64,000 nt of DNA from NCBI GenBank assembly GCA_963803805.1, contig CAWDOD010000011.1, positions 480,001-544,000 on the forward strand. The letters are read 5' to 3'. The notes below the pieces were generated by a model. It saw only the letters and a list, made by a program, of their open reading frames with translations. It was not told the DNA's origin and searched no databases. Origin of the DNA: an uncultured cyanobacterium (GTDB taxonomy: Bacteria; Cyanobacteriota; Cyanobacteriia; Cyanobacteriales; CAWCAG01). Both the position numbers and the translations under genes were made by a program. Shown in pieces: positions 39,553-48,208 of this stretch (position 1 is its first letter; each line of letters starts with the position of its first letter).

Positions 39553-40539
39553 ATGAGATTCATTAGTCCTAAAACCGACTTTGCCTTCAAGAAAATATTT
39601 AGCTCCGATGGGAGTCAAGATATTCTCATCTCTTTCCTCAATGCCACCATCTACTCTGGGGATTCTGTCATTGAAGACTTGAAAATTATTGACCCTTATA
39701 ACCCTAGTGACACAGTTGATTTAAAAGATAGCTATCTTGATGTTAAAGCAGTATTGAAAGATGGCACAAGCGTTATTATTGAGATGCAGGTCTGGAATGT
39801 AGAGGCTTTTAAAAAACGAGTAGTTTATAACCTTTGCAAAACTTACGGTAATCAACTTAAATCAGGACAAGGATATTCTGACCTTAGTCCAGTTATTGCT
39901 TTAACTATCACTGACTTTACTTTATTTTCCTTAAGCCAAAAAGTAATTACTCGTTTCTATTTCCAAGAAGAAGAAGAAAAAATTGCTTATCAAGAGGGAG
40001 AGTTAAAACTAGTATTTATAGAATTGCCTAAGTTTGACAAAAAACTAGAAAATTTAGAAAGCGTTACAGATAAATGGATTTATTTTATTAAAGAAGCACC
40101 AAATTTAGAAGTGATTCCAGAAAAAATGGGGGAAATACCCCAGATTAAAAAAGCCTTGAACATAGCAAATCAAGCGAGCTTAAGCGGAGAAGAATTAGAG
40201 AAGTTACATAAACAGGAAATGTTTATTGCTGACCGTCAGGGGGCTATGAGTTTAGCGAAAAAACAAGGTCGAGAAGAAGGTCGAGAAGAAGGCAGAGAAG
40301 AGGGCAGAGAAGAGGGCAGAGAAGAGGGCAGAGAAGAAGGCAGAGAAGAAGGTTTACTTGAGGGAGAAAGAAACCTATTACTACGACAAATTCAACATCG
40401 TTTTGGAGAATTATCCCCAGAGGTAATCGCTTCTTTTGAAGCACTAGATGCTCAAGGATTAGGGAATTTAGGAGAAGCAATCTGGGAGTTTAGAACTAAT
40501 AATGATTTAGTTCAATGGTTGCAAAACTACTCTCTCTAA
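39553..40539 (+). CDS. Rpn family PD-(D/E)xK nuclease (putative transposase) with a DUF4351-like C-terminus
   Basis: FISPKTDFAFKKIF, LDVKA...IIEMQ, FIELPKF, DKWIYF, GREE repeats, LLRQIQHRFG. Confidence 0.88.
   Translation: MRFISPKTDFAFKKIFSSDGSQDILISFLNATIYSGDSVIEDLKIIDPYNPSDTVDLKDSYLDVKAVLKDGTSVIIEMQVWNVEAFKKRVVYNLCKTYGNQLKSGQGYSDLSPVIALTITDFTLFSLSQKVITRFYFQEEEEKIAYQEGELKLVFIELPKFDKKLENLESVTDKWIYFIKEAPNLEVIPEKMGEIPQIKKALNIANQASLSGEELEKLHKQEMFIADRQGAMSLAKKQGREEGREEGREEGREEGREEGREEGREEGLLEGERNLLLRQIQHRFGELSPEVIASFEALDAQGLGNLGEAIWEFRTNNDLVQWLQNYSL
40267..40350 (+). repeat. 12-bp coding tandem repeat x7 (GREE)
   Basis: GGTCGAGAAGAA x2, GGCAGAGAAGAG x3, GGCAGAGAAGAA x2. Confidence 0.9.
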
Positions 40540-40568
40540 TAGTCTTAGCAACTTAGCAACTCACAATT

Positions 40569-42281
40569 TCATTTTCTTCCTTTGAGGAAATAGGTAGTCA
40601 TCTTCCCTTTACCCTTAATAGCAATCTTGCCTCTTTTCTCTAAATAATACTTATCCTTAAGTAGTTGGTGTGTTGTTTCTGTAACTTGGATTTCTCCGGC
40701 AAGCCCTTGGGATTCCATGCGGCTAGCAACATTAACGGCATCTCCCCAAAGATCATAAACGAATTTCTTCAAGCCGATTACCCCAGCAACCACCGAACCT
40801 GTGTTGATGCCGATGCGTATTTGGAAAGGACGGCCATTGACTTCTCTAAACTTAGCAATCTCTTCTTGCATCGCTAGGGCCATTTCAGCGATCGCTTCGG
40901 CATGGTTAGCCGCAGGTACAGGTAAACCCCCCACTACTAAATAAGCGTCCCCAATGGTTTTGATTTTTTCTAAGCCATACTTATCTGCAAGGCGATCAAA
41001 AGCAGAAACTATTTCATTCAATAAATTTACTAATTCTGTAGGGCTTAGTAAGGAAGCTAGTTGAGTAAAGTTAACCAAATCAGCAAAGAGAATTGTCACC
41101 TGCTCAAAACGTCTGGCAATGGAACCAGGATTCTGTTTCAGTTCTTCAGCAATTTTTTGCGGCAAAATATTTAGTATAAGGCGTTCAGACTTTTCTTTTT
41201 CTAAGCGTAGTTCTGATTCAGCCTTCTGGCGTTCTTGAATTTCTACTTGTAGTTGTCCATTAAGCTGATTGAGTTGGGCATTATCACCCTTGAGGCGTTT
41301 ATTTAAGTTCTCAATTTTCTCATTAGCTTGGGAAAGTTGATTAATATAGATAATTTCGCGATCTCGCAAGCGTTTTTTTTCTAAACAGGCACTAATTCTC
41401 GCTTGTAACAAAACGGAGTTACAGGGTTTAGGTAAATAGTCCACTGCCCCCATTTCAATACATTTAACTGCACTATCTAATTCTCCTAAAGAAGAGATGA
41501 CAATGGTGGGTATATGTCGCCAAGCTGGGTTAGCTTTAAGATGTTTCAAGACCTCGTAACCATTCATCTGGGGCATAATGACATCAAGAATGATTAAATC
41601 GTAATTATTCTTAGCCAACATCTCTAAAGCTTGTTGCCCATTGACACTAGTAGCTACGCTATAGCTTTGTTTTTCTAGTTGGCGAGAGAGCAAGTCTCTG
41701 TTGGTAGGATTGTCATCTACGACTAGAATATGACTTGAGGTTAAGTTCTGCTCTAAATTGCCACTGACCTGAATTTCTAGTTTTTCTATTAAGTTTTCTT
41801 CTAAACTTTCTTCAGAAATAACCTCTTGCCATTTATGCTGAGCAAGGGTGCTGAGATTTTCAATCATTGCTGATAAATCTTGGGCTGCGGCACTTATTTT
41901 ATCTAAATCCGAGCGCATTTCTTGAGAATTGAGTTTCTCAAACAATAACTGACAATAACTAGTAATTTTATTTAAAGGCGGTTGCAACTCTTTTTTAATT
42001 TCTTCTTGATATCTAGCTAAATCTAAACTAAAATCCTCAGAAATCAGGGAAACAGGATTAAGGATAGTATTAATAGAATCAAGTATTTCTTGGCCACAAA
42101 CATTAACTTCTTCTAGCTCTTCTTGACCTTTTTGTTGCTCAATATCTGCTAATTCTTCCAGTAAAATTTCACTATAACCATTAACAGCATTCATAGGAGT
42201 ACGCAATTCGTGCCGTAGGTAAGCTAAGATAGTTTGCTGAACTTGAGTTTCTTTCGGAATAGCAAAATTGCTGTCACTCAT
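40569..42281 (-). CDS. Class III adenylate cyclase: HisKA-like pair + REC + cyclase
   Basis: LRHELRTPMNAV, REC (DLIILDVIMP), FADLVNFT, EKIKTIGDAY, YDLWGDAVNVASRMES. Confidence 0.9.
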   Translation of the reverse strand: MSDSNFAIPKETQVQQTILAYLRHELRTPMNAVNGYSEILLEELADIEQQKGQEELEEVNVCGQEILDSINTILNPVSLISEDFSLDLARYQEEIKKELQPPLNKITSYCQLLFEKLNSQEMRSDLDKISAAAQDLSAMIENLSTLAQHKWQEVISEESLEENLIEKLEIQVSGNLEQNLTSSHILVVDDNPTNRDLLSRQLEKQSYSVATSVNGQQALEMLAKNNYDLIILDVIMPQMNGYEVLKHLKANPAWRHIPTIVISSLGELDSAVKCIEMGAVDYLPKPCNSVLLQARISACLEKKRLRDREIIYINQLSQANEKIENLNKRLKGDNAQLNQLNGQLQVEIQERQKAESELRLEKEKSERLILNILPQKIAEELKQNPGSIARRFEQVTILFADLVNFTQLASLLSPTELVNLLNEIVSAFDRLADKYGLEKIKTIGDAYLVVGGLPVPAANHAEAIAEMALAMQEEIAKFREVNGRPFQIRIGINTGSVVAGVIGLKKFVYDLWGDAVNVASRMESQGLAGEIQVTETTHQLLKDKYYLEKRGKIAIKGKGKMTTYFLKGRK

Positions 42282-42652
42282 GGATTTGCTTTTGTTAATA
42301 GAGCTTCAATCTTAGCTAAAAGATTCTTTAAGTTGATGGGTTTAGTATCATAATCATCACAACCGGCTGCCAAAGCTTTCTCGCGATCGCCTGACATAGC
42401 ATGGGCTGTTAAAGCAATTATGGGAATAGCCTGGGTTTGAGGATTGGCTTTAATTTTGCCTGTGGCTTCCCAACCATCCAACACCGGCAAACTCATATCC
42501 ATCAAAATAAGGTCTGGGCTTTCGCTACTAGCCATTGCCACCCCCTCAGCCCCATCTACAGCAATAGTTACTTCATATTGTCTTCGCTGTAAACGCCGAG
42601 AAAGCATATCACGATTCATTTCATTATCTTCCACTAAAAGAATTTTAGCCAT
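42278..42652 (-). CDS. Single-domain response regulator (DivK-like)
   Basis: ILLVEDNEMNRDML...DLILMDMSLP...ALTAHAMSGDREKAL.AGCDDYDTKP. Overlaps the cyclase start by 4 nt. Confidence 0.92.
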   Translation of the reverse strand: MAKILLVEDNEMNRDMLSRRLQRRQYEVTIAVDGAEGVAMASSESPDLILMDMSLPVLDGWEATGKIKANPQTQAIPIIALTAHAMSGDREKALAAGCDDYDTKPINLKNLLAKIEALLTKANP

Positions 42653-42666
42653 AGCTTTGCCTTTGT

Positions 42667-45369
42667 TTAAATTGTTTGGGATAGAAGTTTGGTTACTTCC
42701 GATGCTAAATTTTCCTCATCGCGACCACATCTTTGGATAATCTTTTCGGCATATCCGTTTAGACGTTGGCGGTCTTCTAAAGTCAAATCTTTAGCTGTTA
42801 AGATAATTATGGGAATTGATTGCCACTCTTTGTTTTCATGTAACTGTTCCACTAATTCAAAGCCATCCATTTCCGGCATCATTAAGTCGAGAATTAGAAC
42901 TTGGGGCAAAGAAGCTGCAATTTTTTCTAGGGCAATTTGTCCATTCTCTGCTTCCTCTACCTGCCACCCTTCTTGTTCTAAGTGACGACTGATGATTTCG
43001 CGATTATCCTTGACATCATCAACCACCATAATCACCTGAGAAGAATTATCTGATTTATACTTGTGCAGAATTTTGCTCAAGCGATGGCGATCAATCGGTT
43101 TAGAGAGATAGTCTTTGGCCCCCAAAGCATAACCCAGCTTTTTATTATCTACCATAGTAGTCATAACCACAGGAATATTAGCTAATTCTGGGTCAGCTTT
43201 GAGTTGAGTAAGAATCGACCAACCATCAACTTTAGGCATCATGACATCTAAAATAATCGCTTGAGGTTGCAGTTCCTTGGCCAAGAGTAAGCCTTTTTCA
43301 CCATCAGAGGCTAAAGTGACATTGAACCCTTCTTTAGTTAAATGACGCTGCATTAATTCCCTGGCTGCGGGATCATCATCAATTACCAAGATGCGATTGA
43401 TTTGAGCAGGAATTGGAGGGTTTTGCAGAGATAGGGCAGATAAATCCTCTTCTGGAGAAGCTTTAACCTGGGCTGGTAAATGAATGGTGAAGTTAGAACC
43501 TTTACCACACTCGCTGGTAACTTCGATTTTCCCCCCCATTATTTCACAAAACTTTTTGGTGATAGCAAGTCCCAATCCTGTACCACCAAACTTGCGAGTA
43601 GTAGAAGTATCAGCTTGGCTAAAAGCTTGAAATAGCTTAGCCATTTGCTCAGCACTCATACCAATACCTGTATCTTTAACTTCAAATTTAAGCCAATCTA
43701 GATTTTGCTTTTGGTAACGCTCAACAGTAAGATGAATTTGGCCATTTTCTGTAAACTTGCTGGCATTACTGAGCAAATTAAACAGATTTTGTCTGAGCTT
43801 AGTAATATCTATTTCCATATTACCAATATTCTCTGGGCAACTAAGAATTAAGGTGTTGGCATTTTTATTGATCAAAGGTTGAATAGTCGCCACCACATCA
43901 TCAATTTCTTGTTTGATGTTGCAGGTTTCTAGATACAACTCCATCTTACCTGCTTCAATTTTAGATAAGTCGAGGATGTCATTGATTAAACCAAGGAGAT
44001 GTTCCCCAGAACTTTGAATTTTATCTAAGTCAGGGACAAACTCTTCTGGTTCTAAGTCTTCAGCCTCTTCAATTAACATCTCGCTATAGCCGATAATGGC
44101 ATTGAGGGGAGTTCGCAATTCATGGCTCATGTTAGCTAGAAAAGTACTTTTAGCTTTATTAGCTTTCTCTGCTTCTGCCATACTTGCTTTCAACTGTGCG
44201 GTGCGTTTTTCAACCTTTTGTTCTAAGGTGCGATTAGCGTTAGCTAATTGTTCACGGGCATGGTTAAGGGCTTGATTTTTGCTTTCTAGTTTCAAAAAAG
44301 ATTCCTGTAGTTGTTGGGCCATGCGGTTGAAGGTTCTAGCTAAGATGCCTAACTCATCTTTACGCTTTACAGGTACTCTTTGTTCTAGTTTGCCGTCGGC
44401 AAGGGTTGTGGCTGCTTCTGTAAGTTCAGTAATGGGTTGCACTAGGCGATCAGCAGCAAACCAAGTAACTAAACAAACACTTAACATCGCTAGCCCTGTT
44501 ACTACGCAAGCAAAATAGACGAATAGTCTTTCTTGTTGTAAAACCTCTGCTTCTTGTTGCAGCACAATAATTCCCCAATCACTATTCAGAGGGACAGTAT
44601 AAGACAACCAACGCACTCCTTTCTCATCTTGGAAAATAAAACGACCTTCTTTGCCTTTCAACCAGCGACGCACCGGAGGATAATCTCGATAATTTACTAA
44701 TTCATCAGCAACAGCTAGTTCCGAATGAGTATCAGATTCAATATGGGGATGGGCTAAGATATTCCCCTTGTCGTCCACCAAAAAAGCGTGGCCTGTTTTG
44801 CCAACTGTGACATTATCTATTTGTTTGGTTAACTCTTGTAGGCTGGTGCAAACTACTCCCACACCAAGGATAATTTCTTGTTGGTGAATGGGTGTAGAAA
44901 GGCAAATACCCGGTTGGTTGGTAGTGCGACTAATTAAGGTTTGGCGGGTAATTTCTTTGCCATTAACCGCTTTCAAAAACCACTGGCGATCGCTATAATC
45001 TTTGTTAGCTTCATCGTCTTGACGAGCAACATTAACGCCCTGCAAATCTGTTGTAGCAATTAAATACATCTCCGGATAAATTTGAGCCATCGCTTCCAAG
45101 ATCGGCTTCTGCCTTTGGGCATCCATGCTCACAATGCCCGGTTGTACGCTGAGATTTTCTAAAGCGGAAACCACCATTTTGTCCCAGGTTTCCAGGTTAT
45201 CTGCTAAAGCCAGAGCCGTTTTTCCTAAGTTTTCTTGGGCGTGATCGCGTAAAATTTGAGCAGCACGGAAGCTAGGAAACAATATAGCTGCTAACATCGG
45301 AGGAACTACAGCTAGCAGGATGAGGAGAGTCAGGCGTAAACGTAGGTTGCCGAAGGATGGCTTTTTCAT
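42667..45369 (-). CDS. Cache-HAMP-HisKA-HATPase-REC-REC hybrid kinase
   Basis: 2 TM flanking a Cache domain (YSDRQWF), HAMP (DELGILARTFNRM), ANMSHELRTPLNAIIG, GGTGLGL, two REC domains. The ATG at 45369 is preferred over the TTG at 45408. Confidence 0.9.
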   Translation of the reverse strand: MKKPSFGNLRLRLTLLILLAVVPPMLAAILFPSFRAAQILRDHAQENLGKTALALADNLETWDKMVVSALENLSVQPGIVSMDAQRQKPILEAMAQIYPEMYLIATTDLQGVNVARQDDEANKDYSDRQWFLKAVNGKEITRQTLISRTTNQPGICLSTPIHQQEIILGVGVVCTSLQELTKQIDNVTVGKTGHAFLVDDKGNILAHPHIESDTHSELAVADELVNYRDYPPVRRWLKGKEGRFIFQDEKGVRWLSYTVPLNSDWGIIVLQQEAEVLQQERLFVYFACVVTGLAMLSVCLVTWFAADRLVQPITELTEAATTLADGKLEQRVPVKRKDELGILARTFNRMAQQLQESFLKLESKNQALNHAREQLANANRTLEQKVEKRTAQLKASMAEAEKANKAKSTFLANMSHELRTPLNAIIGYSEMLIEEAEDLEPEEFVPDLDKIQSSGEHLLGLINDILDLSKIEAGKMELYLETCNIKQEIDDVVATIQPLINKNANTLILSCPENIGNMEIDITKLRQNLFNLLSNASKFTENGQIHLTVERYQKQNLDWLKFEVKDTGIGMSAEQMAKLFQAFSQADTSTTRKFGGTGLGLAITKKFCEIMGGKIEVTSECGKGSNFTIHLPAQVKASPEEDLSALSLQNPPIPAQINRILVIDDDPAARELMQRHLTKEGFNVTLASDGEKGLLLAKELQPQAIILDVMMPKVDGWSILTQLKADPELANIPVVMTTMVDNKKLGYALGAKDYLSKPIDRHRLSKILHKYKSDNSSQVIMVVDDVKDNREIISRHLEQEGWQVEEAENGQIALEKIAASLPQVLILDLMMPEMDGFELVEQLHENKEWQSIPIIILTAKDLTLEDRQRLNGYAEKIIQRCGRDEENLASEVTKLLSQTI

Positions 45370-45401
45370 TTGATTAACTAAGTCATTAAAGTAAGTCAGT
45401 T

Positions 45402-46379
45402 TTAACAATTACTGCTACAAATCCATTTCTCCATCTCCTCATCTCCCCACCTCCCCGTCTTCAAGTCTCCCTGAGTAGGTGCTGCCAATAAGTTACTCAA
45501 TTTTGTTAAGGTTAAATCAGGACAATTTTTTTTCATTTGTTTACCGAGGGTATTGGTTGCACTAATCTCTATGACCTTTTTTATGCCTGCTGTAGATAGT
45601 TGTGTAGAAATACCTTGCCACTGAACAGGTTGCACCATCTGGGCGATGAGGTTTTGTTTAAGGTGAGGGATGTTGGTGCTATTGTACAGTCCTTTACTGC
45701 CCAGGAGAGGAAATTGCAGTGGTTTGAAAGGAGTAGCATTTAAAATAGGTTGAAATTTTGCTGCTGTGGTAGTTAATAAAGGAGAGTGGAAAGCAGCACT
45801 AACATTTAATTTATTGGTATGTCTAACTTTGATTTTGTTTAACAAAGAGGTTACACCTTCCGGGGTTCCAGAAACAATTACTCTATTAAGGTCGTCATTA
45901 GCCCGCCAAACCTTGGGGCTGTTTTGCAATGCCTGGACTAATTGTTGCCGATTAAAGCCAACTAAACTCACCATCACCCCCGGAGGCGCTTTAGCCATTA
46001 ATTCTGCTCGACTTTTGGTTAAATACAATCCTGTTTCAAAGTTAAAGGCTCCTGCGGCATAAAGGGCTGCATATTCCCCCAAGCTATAGCCGGCGAGGAG
46101 ATGGGGTTGATAGCCCTTTTGTCGTAACAGATCGATTAAGATGGTTGCAAAAACAAATAAACAAGGTTGAGTGTAAAGGGTTTGGGATAACCTCTTGATG
46201 GGACTTTGCCATAACTCAGCCACAGACCAACCTAAAATTCCTTGGGCTTGTTGCAATCTTTTTTTTGTTAAGGTTAAATGCAGTAAGTCTTTGCCCATGC
46301 CAGTCATTTGGGAACCTTGACCAGGAAATATCCAAACAGTTTTGATGTTTTCTGGAGATTGGTAGTTAATGAAACTCAT
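45402..46379 (-). CDS. Malonyl-CoA:ACP transacylase (FabD)-like acyltransferase
   Basis: WIFPGQGSQ..GMG, TQP, GYSLGEY, SRAELM, LNVSAAFHS, QMVQPVQW. Confidence 0.85.
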   Translation of the reverse strand: MSFINYQSPENIKTVWIFPGQGSQMTGMGKDLLHLTLTKKRLQQAQGILGWSVAELWQSPIKRLSQTLYTQPCLFVFATILIDLLRQKGYQPHLLAGYSLGEYAALYAAGAFNFETGLYLTKSRAELMAKAPPGVMVSLVGFNRQQLVQALQNSPKVWRANDDLNRVIVSGTPEGVTSLLNKIKVRHTNKLNVSAAFHSPLLTTTAAKFQPILNATPFKPLQFPLLGSKGLYNSTNIPHLKQNLIAQMVQPVQWQGISTQLSTAGIKKVIEISATNTLGKQMKKNCPDLTLTKLSNLLAAPTQGDLKTGRWGDEEMEKWICSSNC

Positions 46380-46548
46380 AGTTGCTCTGGCATCTACCTT
46401 GGCTCTAAAGTTCTATAGTTGTTAAAACCTAACTCAATTTACTTCAAGGCAGCAAGGCTATTTTTCGGGAGTAAGGTTCTGTTTTATGGAAAACTTTATT
46501 TATTAAATTTTGATAAAGTTCAAGAGATATTTTTAAGGGCGATCGCTT

Positions 46549-46708
46549 GTAGGGGCAGGTTTATTCAGAAGAGGTTGCCCAAGAAAGTGATGCAAATGCT
46601 GAAGATATTCGTGCTGTTGTAAAAAGAGCTTTTACTTACTAAAATCTGGTAGGTTAGATGTTTACCTTCTTTTGTTCTTCTAAAGAAAGCTCCCAACCCC
46701 GCTCCGAC
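46549..46708 (+). repeat. Degenerate GTAG-type REP-like element
   Basis: GTAGGGGCAGGTTT at 46549 and AACCCCGCTCCGAC ending at 46708. The ends resemble those of the 23146-23207 element. Confidence 0.4.
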
Positions 46709-46832
46709 TGAAAAAATTTTGTTGAAACTGAATTTTATCTAATGAGATAATTATAACATAAATTGTGGTTTCCTGCTTCAATTATGAACCCTAAATTTTT
46801 AAAATCTGCTCTTGATAACATTGGTATAACCT

Positions 46833-47438
46833 ATGACCTATAGCCCATCCAAAATACTAAGCTTTGAAGAGTTTATCGCCCAACACGGGGACAATACCCG
46901 CTACGAACTCATTGATGGAGAAATAAGAGATATGGAACCTACTGGTCTTCATGAAGCTGTGGCTGGGAGTATTGCCGGTAGAATTTATGTCGAGATTTTT
47001 CAAGGGAAACTTAATTGGTTAGTTCCCAAAAATTGTTTAATTAAACCTTTATATGCTGAAGCTACAGCACTACGTCCTGATGTGGTGGTTTTAGATCGAG
47101 AAAAGCTGCTTCAAGAACCACTCTGGCAAAAAGAACCTGTGATTTGTAATGGGGATACTATCAAGTTAGTAGCCGAGGTAGTTAGTAGCAATTGGCAAGA
47201 TGATTATGCTCGAAAAGTAGAAGAATACGCTTTTTTAAAGATTCCAGAATATTGGATTGTGGATTTCCGGGGTTTGGGTGGGCTGCAATTTATCGGCAAC
47301 CCGAAGCAACCAACCTTGACAGTTTGTCAGCTAGTAGAGGGCGTATATCAGCACCAACAATATCGCTTAGGGCAAGGAATTGCTTCTAAGTTATTTCCTC
47401 AGTTAAAATTACGACTAGATGATTTGATGCTTGTCTAA
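46833..47438 (+). CDS. Uma2 family endonuclease
   Basis: YELIDGEI, RPDVVV, LVAEVVS, DDYARKVEEY...IPEYWIVD. Confidence 0.9.
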   Translation: MTYSPSKILSFEEFIAQHGDNTRYELIDGEIRDMEPTGLHEAVAGSIAGRIYVEIFQGKLNWLVPKNCLIKPLYAEATALRPDVVVLDREKLLQEPLWQKEPVICNGDTIKLVAEVVSSNWQDDYARKVEEYAFLKIPEYWIVDFRGLGGLQFIGNPKQPTLTVCQLVEGVYQHQQYRLGQGIASKLFPQLKLRLDDLMLV

Positions 47439-47508
47439 CCTTCGTCTTCAAAACTCAGTATAAGATTTTAGCAACTAGCGACTAGCCATTAGCTTATCGC
47501 TTAGCGTC

Positions 47509-47799
47509 CTACCTTATGGCTTGTTTTATAGCAGCTTCCAAGCCTTGCTTATCTAAATTAGTAATAATAAACACTTCCTGAACAGATTTTCCTTGCCGAG
47601 CGATCGCTTTATAACCACCACGAATAGGTACAGAAACTTTTAACTTAATTTTAGGACAATGACTTCTAGAGCGACTAATAACAGCAGGAGTCACAGTGCG
47701 GATACCTTCACATTTAATCAATCTTTCTAAAATAGGAATTAAACCGGATATATGGGTAGAATGATTCCAAACTAATCTGCCCCTAGACTCATGAGCCAT
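47509..47799 (-). CDS. DUF2103 protein
   Basis: GRLVWNHSTHISGLIPIL...VSVPIRGGYK.IARQGKSVQEVFI. Confidence 0.8.
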   Translation of the reverse strand: MAHESRGRLVWNHSTHISGLIPILERLIKCEGIRTVTPAVISRSRSHCPKIKLKVSVPIRGGYKAIARQGKSVQEVFIITNLDKQGLEAAIKQAIR

Positions 47800-47803
47800 T
47801 ATG

Positions 47804-48133
47804 CTAAGCTTCCTCCAAAGGAGCCATGGTTAAACCGGCACGACTTAACTGTTGATGATATAATTCTGCGGGTTCTTGGGGGCCAATCCAGACAATCGCT
47901 TGTCCTTCAAAATGAACTTGGTTGGTTAATTCCCAGGCGCGATTGCTGGTCATATTAGGAATATATTTCATCAAGCATTCAGAAACGTGCTGAAAGGTAT
48001 TAAAGTCATCATCAAGAACAATTACCTTATAGTTAGGGTAAGGCTTGCGAGTAGTTTGATTAGTTTTTTCTGGGGTAACGACAGGGGAAGTCGTTGCTTT
48101 GATAGTTTCTGTTTTAATCATATTTACTAGCAT
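47804..48133 (-). CDS. clpS: ATP-dependent Clp protease adaptor ClpS
   Basis: YKVIVLDDDFNTFQHV...QVHFEGQAIVW...AELY. Start could also be the ATG at 48121. Confidence 0.9.
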   Translation of the reverse strand: MLVNMIKTETIKATTSPVVTPEKTNQTTRKPYPNYKVIVLDDDFNTFQHVSECLMKYIPNMTSNRAWELTNQVHFEGQAIVWIGPQEPAELYHQQLSRAGLTMAPLEEA

Positions 48134-48208
48134 AGTGAACAGAAAACAATCTTATCTCGTTGCCTACCAGACTACTTTACCATTTTCTCTTTTTAAGCAA
48201 GGGCTGGT

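Noticed and set aside
40244-40480. Antisense ORF with LLCP repeats
   Set aside because: It is the shadow of the GREE repeat on the opposite strand.
46419-46622. 67-aa ORF with a TTG start
   Set aside because: It has no recognisable motif and overlaps a REP-like element and the fabD-like upstream region.
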